DNA of 64,000 nucleotides from the NCBI GenBank assembly GCA_951406725.2, contig OX597832.1:8680001-8744000 (forward strand). The letters are read 5' to 3'. Positions 12,858-27,967 of this stretch are shown here, one piece after another. Positions within the stretch are counted from its first letter, which is position 1. The number at the start of each line of letters is the position of its first letter. Source of the DNA: Octopus vulgaris (Eukaryota). The notes below the pieces were generated by a model, which was not told the DNA's origin, did not search any database, and saw nothing but the letters and a program-made list of their open reading frames with translations. The position numbers and the translations under genes are program-made.

Positions 12858-13088
12858 GGCGGCGAGCTGGCAGAAACGTTAGCACACCGGGCAAAATGTG
12901 TAGCGTATTTCGTCTGCCGTTACGTTCTGGGTTCAAATTCCGCCGAGGTCGACTTTGCCTTTCATCCTTTCAGGGTCGATAAATTAGGTACCAGTTACAC
13001 ACTGGGGTCGATGTAATCGTTTTAATCCGTTTGTCTGTCCTTGTTTGTCCCCCTCTATGTTTAGCCCCTTGTGGGTAGTAGAGAAATA
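12858..13088 (+). mobile_element. SINE family B, full length
   Basis: Head ggcggcgagctggcagaaacgttagc, B-box GGTTCAAATTCC and core gaggtcgactttgcctttcatcc; multiple copies in the window. Confidence 0.88.
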
Positions 13089-13527
13089 TATATGAGTGTG
13101 TGCATGTGTGGTTGTATGTATGTGCGTGTGACTGTGTGTGCATATAAAACACACAAATACATATATGCAAACACATATTCACACGCAGATATGCATTAAA
13201 CTTGTAATGAATTGTGAATTACGGGTATACAATTGCATTATTTACTCTAGCAAATAGTATTATATACGTAAATTAAATAGTGCTTAGGAAATTACCAATT
13301 TAAGTGTTCTACCATAAACGATTACAATAGCATTACAAATACGATAATGACTATTAAGCGTATACGTGAAATATGCTTTGAATCATGTAGAGAGAATGAC
13401 AAAAGTGCATGACAAATATTGACATTAGCCGCTGATGTCTATGATTAAAGAAATCTATTAACAGATTCAATAAATTTATGTTAATATATACTCAAAATGT
13501 TCCGCACTAAGACGGTTATGGAACATT

Positions 13528-13740
13528 GGTTTCAAATTTTAGCAGAAGGCCAACAATTTCAAGTGTGATGGAAGTTAAGTCGAATAAATCGACCTTCGTA
13601 ATCAACTGGTGCTTAATATATCGAATCCGAAAAGATGAATGACAAAGTCATCCTCTGCGGTATTTGAACTCAGAGCGTAAAGACAGACGAAATGACTATA
13701 ATCATTACTTCCGGCCTGAAAGTGACTCTGCAAGCTCGCA
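13528..13740 (-). mobile_element. Degenerate SINE family B copy
   Basis: gaaaagatgaatgacaaagtc...atttgaactcagagcgt matches the reverse complement of the 12858 copy. Confidence 0.7.
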
Positions 13741-14464
13741 GCATTTTTGATGCAGAATATTAACTTATATTTTTAAAATGCTTATAAAATACGATTGAAA
13801 TTCTTCCTAAAAGTCGTTCTCAAAATGTTTTTCCACTTTCAGTTTTTGGAGAGCCTAGAAAGTGCATTACTTCGGTTTAAGTAATTTGTAAGTACTAGAG
13901 TTTGCTGAAAATTTCCTGTCTTTTGGTAAAAGAAAATATAGTAGTATCAATTAATTCAGATTTTATTCTCCGATTCACACATTTACTGCAGCGGTCCCTC
14001 AGTTCTTCTAATCTTTGGAAAAGAACTCGGTAGCCTGTTGGAATACCCTTAAAACCATGAACTTTTCAGCACCCCTTCCTATCATGTGTCTAGTGTCTAA
14101 TAAAAATAGGAGATTTGCTAACTATTTGTAGGAGTCGCTTTTTGCTAGGTAACACTTTTAGGTAACAACATGAGTGTAGCTATGTTCCTCGCAGTATTAC
14201 CAATGTATGAGAATTGATAAAATGAATCGCTCATATATTCACCTATATAATGAGTGTGCGCTGTTGCCAATTTGAAATTATATATCTTGTCATCATTTCC
14301 ATAAGTCAGTCTAATACGACCATTTGATGAAAGGATTGTCAGCACATCTATGTATTCGTTTGAGAGCACAAGAATAACACACATACTTAATTATTTGCAT
14401 ATATTCGTACATGTGTATTTACACATTTGCACACACGCACAAACACCCACACATTCACACTGTA

Positions 14465-14500
<36 letters not shown>

Positions 14501-14501
14501 T

Positions 14502-14540
<39 letters not shown>

Positions 14541-16535
14541 CATATATATAAACATATGTATTTGTGTGTGCGTATATATACACACTCACATACACACACA
14601 CATACATACATATGTATGTATGTATATGTGTGTGTAAATATGTGTGTGTGATTCTATATATTACCGGGAGACTAATGCAGATAAGAGATAAGCACTTTGT
14701 GTCAGTAACCGAAATGATGATGAACATCCAAGATTATGAAAATAATCTACAATCAGTTGAACATAAGTTTGAAAGTGTGATAATGGAAATTGCTATGCGA
14801 CTAAAAATCAAGTAACGATAACGTCATCTCTACGAAATCACTGAAAATGCAGGAGATATACTCTTATTCTCATAAGAGTAGGTATATCTGCTGACTTGCT
14901 GTCTATTCTGTCTATAAGTAGAATTATTACATAACCTGAAGAAAATGAAGATAAGATTTATATTTCTTCAATTGCGACAAGAACATATGCTATATAGGTG
15001 TGAATGTTCGCTATTCATTTAAATCATACATGTACTTCATTGTTAGTTATTTAGTCGATACAGCGAGGAGAGTATTCATTGCGGGTCTCTTAAAATCACA
15101 AGTTAACGACTGAATAACTCGAGTGCTTGAAATAGCTACCATATATCTTAGAGAAAGGATTACGTTGTGTATTGTTTCCAGATATATGTTTGCTGACCAT
15201 AAAATTTGTATGATCATGTCTGGAACGCTTCGATCATTCATCAAATGTCAAATGTTAGATGTTGACACTGCAAAGGATTGTGTCCATCGCTCTTCTCAAC
15301 CACACAAATATCGCCATATAGCAGGTATTATTTCATATTTGAAATTGATGTTTTCTTTTAAAGACAGGCATTAGCTGAAATGTAATGGTGCTAACGGATA
15401 ATCATCTAAGTGAATGTTATAACACGTGTACATAACTGCCATGGGGTAACTTACTTGAAGGCTATTAGATACTTTGTGTCCATTTGATATCACACAACCT
15501 AAACTCAAATAACGGCTAATATTCACAACAACTCTTTAACATGCAGTCTTTTGTTCCGACTCAGTGCAGCGAGATAAAACATCATTCATGATCTTCTGAG
15601 AGGAAATTGAGTTTCATTCAGAAACGAAAGAAAACCCTCATCTTCTGTTGCTTTCCTAGGAAACAGCGCATTTATCTATCGAGATATTATTAATGCAGAG
15701 ATCCGGTTCAAAGCATTTTATTGAAGTGCAATACGCTACTCATCTAGAGCTTAAGCAGGGATGTTGGATCGGGTGGGTCTATAAACTATGTTTTAAGTAA
15801 AGGTTACACACATATTAATGTAATTGATTTGTGCATCAATTCCAATCGGAATTCAAGTAAGTCGGTCCTATATACTATATCTGCGTACATTAGTGACTCA
15901 ATGAGTGGGGAAAGAATAGCTAAGATTTGGTACGTTTGGGTCTTCAATATTCCAAATTTTGAAAGAAGGTAGTCTGTCCTTAATGGCATGTATTGTGCTC
16001 CTTTTTTTGCGCTATAAGTTACTGGTTTTGATACACAGCAAAAAACCGTATTTTCTAGTACAGATCGGAGAATACTCAAAGTATTTAATAGATAAAAGCA
16101 GAAGCGATGACAGGAAAAATCTAACTGAAAAACAGAGAATGCGAAAAAGCTATAACATTTCATATCACTCATGAAATGAATGAAAACATTTTAGCTGCAG
16201 ATGGTTTCGATGACATATAGTCAAAAATAGGTTGACCTGCTAATGGATATTGTGTCAGCAAAGGAAAGTAGATTTCAGTGTTTCTTATGGTTATACTAGC
16301 TATCGTATAATCTATTTGAGTAACAACTTAAAAGTAAAAGAGAATTTATTGTGTTCAGTATAACATGAATTTCATTTCTCTGAAGTCTCGATGTTACGTC
16401 GGTATCACAAGATTCACAGAACCAATCAATTCTATAATAAGTACATAACAACATAGGAACACATACGTACACACAGACGCAAATATATAGATATATATAT
16501 ATATATATAAATCAGTCTGTGTATATCCATGAAAG

Positions 16536-16536
<1 letters not shown>

Positions 16537-16618
<82 letters not shown>

Positions 16619-16619
16619 G

Positions 16620-16686
<67 letters not shown>
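16537..16686. repeat. (TATC)n microsatellite
   Basis: Read directly from the sequence. Confidence 0.97.
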
Positions 16687-17033
16687 ATGTATATACTTCC
16701 TAATAGTTGTCGTTGAAGTGAACAAAAAGTCAGTGCACAATATATATGAAGAGTAGAATAGTTAAAATATAATACAGTTCATTAAAGACAATACATCGAA
16801 ACGCTATTTTCTAGGCTTAGCTAAGAATGAAGCTCTATCCACGGAAGACAAGGACATATTGATTTACGAGAATATAGATTTATCGTAAAAATATTGTATG
16901 AGTGTCTGTATCTGGGTTCGTATATATAGATAGATAGTTAAATAGATAACTAGTAAGATAGTTAGCTACTTACATCCTTGCTTCAGTCGCAAGCATGCGT
17001 ACACATGCATGTAAATATACATACATACATACA

Positions 17034-17081
<48 letters not shown>

Positions 17082-18229
17082 CATATGCATAGATATGCTT
17101 ATCTATGCATAAATATATGTGCACATATGTATGTATATATATGTTTATATATATATATATCTGTACATGCATGAAGATAAACAGCTGCATTGATGTGTAC
17201 ATACACCTATATATACCCCGCAAAATGATTTGGTGCTTAATTATACATATTCTGCAAATGCTTAAAGAGAAATATACATTAGAATAAATGGCTTTTAAGC
17301 ATAGTCCATTGCAAAATAAATATAATGGTGAAAAATAATCTTATTCATACCATAAAAAAAGTGTTGTGTGTATGTTTACTTTGACGATTATCTTTCATGA
17401 TAGACACAATTGTTATAGCATTTGCGTCTGCGGGCGGAGAGACAGTTTCCTGCATTCAAGCTATATATATAGGAATTGATTATGTGGTTTAGGATATCAG
17501 ACATGGATACTGATTGCCAAGATCATACTTGGATACTTTTATGCATAGGCACAATCATGTTTACATATATATATATATATAAATATACGTATATTGACAC
17601 TTTAGTACATACGCGGTGATATCGACGGCCTGAACCTAAGAAGAGGTTAGTACAAATAACCTTCCATTTTCGTATAGTATTTCTCAGACACCACCTGCTG
17701 AACAATAGCAGCAAATATAAACTGAGGAACCTGGTATTCTAGGACAAAGAGAACATCTTGCATATCGGCAATGCTCTCCTTTGGAAGCACACTTTTCATG
17801 ACAACCTCCGACATAAACCAAAATAAATAAGATTAAAATGCCTCAAAAGAAAAAAAAAAGAAATGTGTAAATATGATAGAAATGTCATCATGTATATGTA
17901 GCGGATCTTGGAATCGTAACCGTTATATCACATCACAATTCTAAAATTATGTATTTGTAATCTATGAACAAGTTGTTGCTATGAACAAGAGGTTGCCACG
18001 GAATATTTACTAAAGAAAAGAAACAAACCCAAGATGTAAACCGAAATTGATTATTGTGTCACGTATTTGTAAAAGAAATCCCCTATGTGCCAGCAGCAGC
18101 CTAAATGTTATCAAAATACTATCTCTTAGGGCAATACAGTGTTCTCGCTATAGCAATATACACTGCCATCGGTATAAATGCTGTCTTGCGATAAATATGA
18201 AGAAGATCTGATTATTGAGTACATATTTA

Positions 18230-18560
18230 AGCATCAAATGAAGGCACATTCCCATCAAAACTTCTGGTAATTGCAGACGTATCATGCTGCTGTCATAATA
18301 GAAAAATAATGTAGCGTCAGAGAAAGCAGAAGATCTGCTTTCGAGAATATCTCTTGCAAAATGAAAGAAAAAGAGGATCACTATGGGCAATTGCTTCGAA
18401 ATTTCCAGACTGTATACCCAGATTGTAAATTCACATTCATACCAATAGTAGTTCTTGCACTGTCCTCCAGACTAAAAGAACTCAATCAACTAATTTTCAC
18501 TTTGAAAATACTATCTGTGAGTGGAATAGAAAAAGTATGGAAGAAAATATTAAAGTTAGA
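18230..18560 (+). pseudogene. Decayed R4/Dong/NeSL-like LINE C-terminus (restriction-like endonuclease region)
   Basis: KEKEDHYGQLLRNFQTVYPDCKFTFIPIVVLAL...LKILSVSG resembles the K..KY..L / xxPIVVGALG end of RLE-bearing LINEs. Confidence 0.55.
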
Positions 18561-18684
18561 AATTTGCATTCGCTTTTATTATATGTATCCCAAATTTGGG
18601 GCTTTCCGTCTTTCCTAGAAACGAGCTCCTTTCTCAGAGGGACATTTCAAATGATCAAAAACAAAAGAGAACGCAGGTTCATAT

Positions 18685-18735
<51 letters not shown>

Positions 18736-18814
18736 CTATTTAAAGACCCCTTCGGTCATGAATGACCATGGGATTGCACCTAGAAAGTTACCCTCCTAGA
18801 CATGTATATATATG

Positions 18815-18927
<113 letters not shown>

Positions 18928-20506
18928 ATAAGCTGGTGTGGTTATAGCCACACCTTGTCAGATGACAGCTGTCTCATAGTCAGCCTGTCAGCCTTTTTGG
19001 CCTGATTCACTTTCATCCTTAAATATGCGCGGATATTCGCCATATTACTTTATAAAACACTGAACGGACCGAGATAAGAAATGATAGTGAGGTATCTGCA
19101 CGTCATTGGATTTAAATAATGCAACAGTTACGCGACTCATTCGGCCGCCATAGTAGGTTCCAGTGTAAAGTATCGCAAAATGACTGGTGCTATCTTTTTC
19201 CTAAAAGTACTGTTTTTCCTCTTCGGTCATATATAAAATAACGGCAGTGTTATCCTGATCGATATGTCTCTATATCAATACCGACAAATCTCAATACATG
19301 TCTTCATATATGAAACCTTGACGCAGATCATCGTACTAAACTTCTACAATAAGAAAGAACACATGTGTATTATTGACTTGAAACAATAACGAGATTCCTA
19401 TCAGCCATAGAATTGCATTGGCAGGTGATGGGTTTCGAAATCAAAAACGTTTTGAAATCAAGCCAAACAGTGATAAAAGTCAAAATAAGTATAAAGAATA
19501 TTTGCATTGTCCTATTCTTTCTGCGTAGATTCCATTGTCCGAAATCTTTGTACAGAAAGGAAGACGTTAACGAGTATGTCTTGAGATTTATTACATGTGA
19601 ACATCTGAATATTGAAACGCTAAGTTTATGGGAAATTAAGAGCAAAAATAAATTTTAGGAAAGTGAAACTGAACATTCTAGAACAGTTTCTTAAACTACA
19701 GAATTTCTAAGACCTGTCAATAGAGTACAATATTTGGAAAGAGAAGCAAAGCTCATCGCAACATTAATGGGTGAGAGTGGTTCCTGAAACTTCTTCAATG
19801 TCTGTCAAGGATAGAGCTCATTAAAATGATATCGAGAAAGCAGAGACGGAGAAAATTTGGACATGATGTTCCTCGCTCATGTGCGTATAAAAATAAATGT
19901 TGTATTTCCATAGGATTATTCTGTCCATAAAATAAGAGATACTGGTTCCAGTGCATCCATTTTTCTTTGAGTTTAACTTTTGACAATTTATTTCACTACA
20001 CATTTGTAAACTCATTAATGAGTACAGTAAAACTGCTATTTGTTTTTTGTCTTATACTTATATCAGTTGGTAATTTAGAAGTGAGTGTAGTAGTGATTTA
20101 AAGTTTTATGAAATGTAAATCTATGTGTGTTGAACGCAAAGTATAAGTGTTGTTGCTTGTCTGTGTGCTGTGTGTTTATCTAACCGCAGTAGAGCTGTGT
20201 CTGTATTGTGCTGAACTTCCTCAAGTGAATTGTATGTATACAAGATTTGTGTGTATGTGCGTATCGATGTGCGTGTAACGGTTCACATCTGTGTGTACTA
20301 TTGTGTGTATGTGTTTGTGTGTGTGTGATTGTGTATTTGTGTGTATGTATCTTATTTGTTTTTCATATATTTTAATTCCATGTATTTCATGTGCTTTTTT
20401 GTTATTACTCAGCGCACTGAATTGGATTTAATTTAATTTATATTGACGGCAGCAGATAATGGCTGATAATGGCTCAATAGAAACGTGTGTGTGTGTATGT
20501 GTGTTT

Positions 20507-20555
<49 letters not shown>

Positions 20556-20779
20556 TGAGGGTACCGGCTTCATTACATTGTCGACTTATAGTCTATTTCT
20601 TTGGAGATAATTTCATTCCTATTATCGCCATTGTAAGACTTTCGCTACAATTTACATCCGTGTACGTGTGTTCGAGTGAGCATGAATATATATGGGTACA
20701 GGACCTGTTAATTCACATGGTATAATCTGTTTGGTTTTGTGTGTATTATCAGACGTTCTGTATATACATTCTATACATA

Positions 20780-20819
<40 letters not shown>

Positions 20820-20878
20820 TATTAGTTTATGTTATGTATTGATTAAGTCTTTCCTTGTTTGTTTTGCATACATACATA

Positions 20879-20953
<75 letters not shown>

Positions 20954-21366
20954 CACACATATATATGTTTGTGTAAATATATATATAGTGATGGAGAGAA
21001 AGAGAGAAGGAGAGATATATTAAGATACAATGTGCATGCATATACTAATATAGTCATATATTATATATATACATGCTATATCATAATACAATATATTATA
21101 TTATATAATATATAATAAAATATACAATATTTTAGTCAAACATATTTCTGTATGTGCATAGTTCCTTTACATAGGTTTTTCAAAAGATATGTAACTCCTA
21201 TAAGATTGCATACTGAATTTAAGAACACTTTTTCATATACGGACAGGCATATACACGGTCGCAAACACGTAGGTAGACACAGACATATATCCATCCATGG
21301 AATACACTCACGGATGCGCATAGAGAAACATAAATATGTACATATGCACACAATATATTCAATTAT

Positions 21367-21792
21367 GTGCAGGTGTGGCTGTGTATTAGGACATTTTTTT
21401 CTGAACCAGATAGTTGCAGAATGTATATTTTAATATAGCCGCGGTATGACCAAAGCCTTTTGAATGGATTTGGTAGGTGGAAACTGAAAGAAGCTCGTCA
21501 TATATGTATGTTTGTTTGTATGTATGTATGTATGTATGTAGGTAGGTATGTATGTATGTATGCATTTATGTATGTATGTATATTTACATGTATGTAGGTA
21601 TCTATATATGTATATTATTGTGTTTGTACGCCAGCGTCGATCCAGAGTCGGTGTTCATGTGTTTACCTCCCGTAACTTAGCGGTTTGGAACAAGAGACGA
21701 ATAGAATAAATACCAGGCTTTAAAGAAAAAACACTGAGCTCGATTTGTTCCACTAAAATTCTTCACGGTGGTACCCCGGCATGGCCGCAATC
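21367..21792 (+). mobile_element. Degenerate SINE family A copy
   Basis: ggatttggtaggtggaaactgaaagaagc, acttagcggtttggaacaagagac and gcatggccgca are colinear with the 10570 copy. Confidence 0.8.
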
Positions 21793-22493
21793 TAATAATA
21801 TATATAAGAAATAACGAACTCAACTCGTTACTATTTGTATCAAACTTAGATAGTGATGAAATTTCAAATTCATTCATGTTTTCTCGAATGGTTTACCTTT
21901 CTAAACATTGGGATGATGAGGGGACAACATTTGAAAAATTTCAACAAAGTGTGTGTTATAATTCTAAATAAATCTATCGCTTTTACACCTTAAAGTAAAT
22001 AATGGATGCTGCAACAAAATGACAATACATGATTCTTTTCGATTTTTCGTGATTTTCATTCTCTTATGAATGTAACCAAACGAATATCTATTTGAAATGA
22101 CCACGTTAATCCGATTTTTTTCTTTTGCCAAAAGTGAATCCGATAGACCTATATATATGGGTGTGGTATCATGCACTAGAAGCCTTTCAGCAGCCGATAG
22201 CCTATTCTATACAATGTATAAAATGGGTTAAGGCAAACATTTTATGAAGCCGCATTTATTGTATTGTAATTTTCATTTGTTTTATACGTCAATATACTTC
22301 GATATGTTCAACACATAATTTTTGCATAGTTAAACGGATGACTTTGAAAGGAAAAAAAATGACGCATACTAGAATTTGGATAAATAGCATCTGAATCTAC
22401 TTAAACGCTTAGCAACAAAGTAGAGATTCACGGATTCTTACATTTTATGAGTGTATATATAATGTATATGTGGGTGTGTGCCGTGCATGTATG

Positions 22494-22768
22494 TTATATT
22501 AAGGGTACTACTATTCGTAGATACCACACGCTAAGAGGGACCAATGCGGTCAAAACTACTAAAATAAACAAAATTTTACCGAATGTTTATTTTAGTAGTT
22601 TTGACCGCATTGGTCCCTCTTAGCGTGTGGTATCTACGAATAGTAGTACCCTAAATATAATATAAATAAATATTTTCAAAGTGGAAACATTTACGGATGT
22701 TTTCTCTTACGAGGTTTTTCACGCTAACTACTGATAATTTCTTTTAAAGATTTTATCCTCAATTGTTA

Positions 22769-22772
<4 letters not shown>
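22494..22772. mobile_element. Short fold-back insertion with tail next to (TA)n
   Basis: Arms 22494-22570 and 22584-22660 (about 77 bp, near perfect) surround a 13-nt loop; a unique tail at 22661-22772 leads into (TA)n. Confidence 0.75.
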
Positions 22773-22829
<57 letters not shown>

Positions 22830-23469
22830 AATATATATATATATGATCACGAATTATACATTTGTGAAATCGTGTGTTGAATTCGATATTGTTTTATTTC
22901 GCCGTGATCATTTTCTTCTTACCAACTAAACACACGTACTATATGTTTGTTCTTCATTTGTCTATTATTGTTCTTGAAAATTATTGACTGAAAATCTTTC
23001 GTCACATATCTGTGACCTCTTCAGCAACTTTTCCATCCCCGTGTATCCCCCTGTTCTCTTTAATCTATTATGTCTTTCTATGATGTGTATCATATCTGCG
23101 CATGTGTTTGTGCCTGCATCTATATGTGTGTGTGTATGCACGTTGGCTGTGTACGCGTGTCTATGTGTTTCATATGGGTGTTTCTGTGTGTGTATATGGA
23201 TTTGTCCACTACATTGTGTGTGTACATGGGTTTGCCCACTGCAGTGTTTGCTGCTGTTGGCACCAATATTTGGTATGTTGACCCTCTCCTCGCCTGTATT
23301 TTCTCGTTCGTTTTTTCTACTGCTGGTCTTGGCCCTTATTTTGGTATTCTTCTTGCATCTTTCTGTGTTTGTGTGTTCTCCCTGGTTGAGACTTGGTTGC
23401 AGCTGGTATACTTTAAAAGAAAAAGCAAATGCAAAAAAAGTAATAATAATCACAATAAGAGGAATAAAG

Positions 23470-23613
23470 AGAAGAAGAAGAAGAAGAAGAAGAAGAAGAG
23501 TAAGAAAAGAAAGAAGAAGAAGAAGCAGAAGAAGAAGAAGAAGATGATGAAGAAGAAGAAGAAGAAGAAGAAGAAGAAGAAGAAGAAGAAGAAGAAGAAG
23601 AAGAAGAAGAAGA
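23470..23613. repeat. (GAA)n microsatellite
   Basis: Read directly from the sequence. Confidence 0.96.
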
Positions 23614-24072
23614 AAAGTGGAGACAAGAGACACAAGATATATTGGTAAAAACTAAATGTGTGTAGCTTTTATTAATGGGCAATAGTGAAATAGGAAGGAA
23701 TTTAAAAATCGAATCCTTCTCAATGTTATAAGAAAAGAAAACATTCTGGTATTAAAAAAAAGACGATGTTTTCAGGCGGGAATTCAATAAAAATTGAATC
23801 TGTGGCGGCAAGTATCTATGAAACACGAATAGGATAAGATGTAGTTTTTTTAAATGTGATGTGTTTATATAGGTGATTCCTATAGCATCATTGCGAATAT
23901 AACTCAGCGGCGCTTCGCCGTTTGTCATAAAGATAAAAGCATTTATTGACTGTCGAACATAATGTTTTCAAAGCAAAAAGCAGCAAAATGTACCAGAAGT
24001 TAGTAGACATTTTTTTTTTACGACATCTAGAACCCAGTAGCGGATTATTATCGTTTGCCTTAAACGTACTTA

Positions 24073-24240
24073 GGTCACTGGACTGTGGCCATGCTGAGTC
24101 ACAGATCTGAAGGTATTAGTCGGATAAATCGACTTCACTACATATTTTTTAAAACCTGTTACTTAATCAGTCGATTATTTTTTTGCCGAACCGCTAGTTA
24201 CCAGGAACGTAAACAAACCAGCAACGATTGTTAAGAAGTG
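24073..24240 (-). mobile_element. SINE family A 3' half
   Basis: gactgtggccatgctg and ttttgccgaaccgctagttac are reverse complements of the family A tail. Confidence 0.7.
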
Positions 24241-24582
24241 ATTGTAGACAAATACAAACATATAATTACATACGTATATACTCATACACACACAAACACA
24301 CATTTCCTCATTCTCAGTATATATATATATATACGCGTGTTCGAAGTGCGCACGCATGCAAAATATATGAGTTATCGTCTGGGCAAATAAATCATTTTGA
24401 AAACATGAAAACTCCCTGCAGCAGAAGGTTTCTCGTTTGTTTAGAAATACATGGTTTGTAACATGCTTCACAATCTTATTGGGTACTCTATTTGACCTAC
24501 GATAAATTTCAAGGAACGATATTTGGCGCACCTATATTCATTGAAGTATGTAGAGCATAGCAAATCTACTTCTCAAGCAGAC

Positions 24583-24615
<33 letters not shown>

Positions 24616-24764
24616 CTGTATGTGTGTGTGTGAGTTTATATGTCTGTATATATGTATATTACATACATTATATATATATTATATACACATATATATATAT
24701 ACAAACACACACATGCATACATGCACACGCGCATACACATATAGATTATAGTTCCTATCTACCA

Positions 24765-24897
24765 AATCTATTTAAGAGGCCTTGGTCGGCTCCAAGCTAT
24801 AGAAGAAGAGAGGTGTTATAGAAGAGAAGTAGCTACGCGGCGAGATTGAATTCGGATCCATGAGGTTGGGAAGGAAACGTCTTACTACGGCCACGCA
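24765..24897 (-). mobile_element. SINE family A 5' half (degenerate)
   Basis: tctaccaaatc...ttggtcggctccaagctatagaaga matches the reverse complement of the family A head region. Confidence 0.6.
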
Positions 24898-24912
24898 TAG
24901 CACTATATACAC

Positions 24913-24960
<48 letters not shown>

Positions 24961-25391
24961 CCCAAGCGCCTTTACTCACGAACACTCAAACACATACAGG
25001 CATACACATATACAATAGCAGATATGCTCACACACGCTCACTCAATCACACATGTTTACATACACAACATAAAGTAATACGAACAGATTTGGAAAGATAT
25101 AGAGAAATGGGTTTGAATTTGATATGTTAAAGGAGTTCTGAGGCGGTAGTTTATGCTGCATGGTGTAAATATACAAGTGCAACTCGAATGCTATGCTAAG
25201 TATAAGTTTCCCTAAAAACAAATATTGGTTAACATATTTTTTAAAAATCAGATAGTACTTCTATACACTTAGGGAGTAGTAATATGAGAGCTATTGCCAG
25301 AAAATGTTTTGTAAATTCAACAGGTGGTGTGCAATTTATGTTTAAAGAATAACACGCACATAAATAACTAAATACCTTTATCTATACATCC

Positions 25392-25452
<61 letters not shown>

Positions 25453-25490
25453 GAAAGTAGGTTTGAAAATGCAATTTAAAAGATGTTTAT

Positions 25491-25535
25491 TTACTTTACC
25501 GGTTTCACTCTTTGGAAAAAGATTGTCAAAAGTAA
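25491..25535 (-). ncRNA. Type I hammerhead-like motif, U3-A8 variant core
   Basis: Minus strand reads ttactt-TTGACAA-tcttt(ttcc)aaaga-gt-GAAA-ccgg-TA-aagtaa, with a perfect 6-bp stem I and palindromic helix III. It lies 40 nt from a (TA)n run. Confidence 0.62.
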
Positions 25536-25593
25536 CACGTGGAAATTTTGTTGCGTTAATTATTGGTTGTTGCAAATTGCTACATTACATATA

Positions 25594-25950
25594 CATATAC
25601 AGTCTTTGGTAACAGGGACATGTTAAGGACATAAAAAAGTTCAACAAGTTCCTTAAAATATTGGGCAAAAAAAAGTACATAAATAATCGTTCTCAAGGAC
25701 ATAGTTTCCAGAAGGAATTGATATTGGTACTGTATCTATATATTCAAACATGCACAGAATATTGGTTGACACAGAGTACTATAATCCATATAAATATACA
25801 GTCTTTGGTGACAACAGTATGTTGAGAATATAAAAAAGTTTAACAAGCTCATTGAAAAAATGGGCAGAAAAGATTAAAACAAAAATATTATACATCTCAG
25901 GGTAATTTCCAGGAGGAATTATTAAAAAAGTTCAGTACAGAATATTATGA
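25594..25950. repeat. Diverged direct tandem duplication, period ~200 bp
   Basis: atatacagtctttggt...ataaaaaagtt.aacaag...tgggca occurs at ~25594 and ~25794. Confidence 0.75.
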
Positions 25951-26022
25951 GTTCAAAAAGATTTACATTAATGTAGTGGTGAGGTTGTTACTAACCTGTC
26001 CGTTTTAGCAGAAATGTGGAAT

Positions 26023-26058
26023 TGAAAAACATAAACCAAAACATAGAAATGAAATTAA

Positions 26059-26104
<46 letters not shown>

Positions 26105-26179
26105 TTAATTTCATTTCTATGTTTTGGTTAATGTTTTCACATAAACCAAACATAAACCAAAACATAGAAATGAAATTAA

Positions 26180-26230
<51 letters not shown>

Positions 26231-26306
26231 TTTCATTTCTATGTTTTGGTTTATGTTTTTCACTGTTTGATTTGCCTAATAGCGGTTTTATCTCTAATTT
26301 AATTCT
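26023..26306. repeat. Four alternating-orientation copies of a ~38-bp unit separated by (TA)n
   Basis: aacataaaccaaaacatagaaatgaaattaat appears forward (26023), reverse (26101), forward (26149) and reverse (26226), followed by a short unique tail. Confidence 0.9.
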
Positions 26307-26368
<62 letters not shown>

Positions 26369-26528
26369 AGAGAGAGAGAGAGGAGAGAGCTATTAAGATT
26401 GCAAGGCGCAACGAAACGTTTTGAAATATAAAAAAGTAAATGAGTGGAAACTTTACCGGTGAATTTGTTAAATTATAAGGCTCTAAAAAAGAATCACATA
26501 AAGAGTCTTGCAAACAAAATCGACATAA

Positions 26529-27034
<506 letters not shown>

Positions 27035-27036
<2 letters not shown>

Positions 27037-27596
27037 CAGTTACAATTTGAGATAGGGGTTGTAAATGCAACCATCCATGGGATAACACATATCCAATATA
27101 CTGCTAGTGAAGCACCCAACAAAGTTAATACATAAATGTTAAGAATTGCGATGCAATTAATTCATTTACTGTTTTATATGGGCAAAGGTAAAATGTTTTA
27201 CCACAAATTAATAATACAAAATAAGAAAGTGGAGAAGTACATCTAAATCAATTATCAACTACCAGAAAATACCCAATCACATAATTTATTAAACCACTAC
27301 ATATGAACATTAAGGTCAAACATAATAATATAGAACGAAACAGCGTGCATGAAGGAGTAATATGATACAATAAGTACAGTATGTATAAGTGAATATAAAT
27401 AAATATAAATATAAATATAAACTACATACTGTACTTAACATTTATTGTATCATATTACTCCTTCATGTACACTGTTTTGTTCTATATTATTATGTTTGAC
27501 CCTAATGTTCATATGTAGTGGTTTAATAAATTATGTGATTGGGTATTATCTGGTAGTTGATAATTGATTTAGATGTATTTCTCCATTTTCTTATTT

Positions 27597-27602
<6 letters not shown>
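27035..27602. mobile_element. Fold-back PLE-terminus insertion in (TA)n
   Basis: Tail 27035-27213, then arms 27214-27385 and 27423-27602 with several substitutions and a small indel. The arm terminus is homologous to the end of the GIY-YIG-bearing fragment at 37688. Confidence 0.8.
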
Positions 27603-27637
<35 letters not shown>

Positions 27638-27747
27638 GGAGTAAACACATAAATGTGAAACAAGGTGGAAAAAAGAGTACTCAAATACCAGTGGTAGAGT
27701 AATATGCTTTATTTTAAGCAGCTGAATGTTCTGCTGCTTAAAATAAA

Positions 27748-27753
<6 letters not shown>
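27638..27753. mobile_element. Mini fold-back insertion (tail plus 21-bp arms) in (TA)n
   Basis: Arms 27702-27722 and 27733-27753. Tail plus arm is the reverse complement of 46270-46360 and similar to 31668-31710. Confidence 0.72.
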
Positions 27754-27783
<30 letters not shown>

Positions 27784-27967
27784 CTTAGTAAAATAAATTA
27801 CTTTGCCACATACTGAACTCATTAGAAATAGCAGCTAAAGAAATTTCTCCAGCTATTTCTAATACTTAAAGAAGATCTCTCTCAGATAGTGTTTGCCTAA
27901 ACCAACTCACAAAAGTATGGGCGAAAAAAAATATATATATTTATATATATATATAGATATATATATA

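Noticed and set aside
22528-22565. gacc-aatgc-ggtc hairpin with CTAAGAG/AAAA resembling a hammerhead
   Set aside because: Core residues and helices I and III do not fit.
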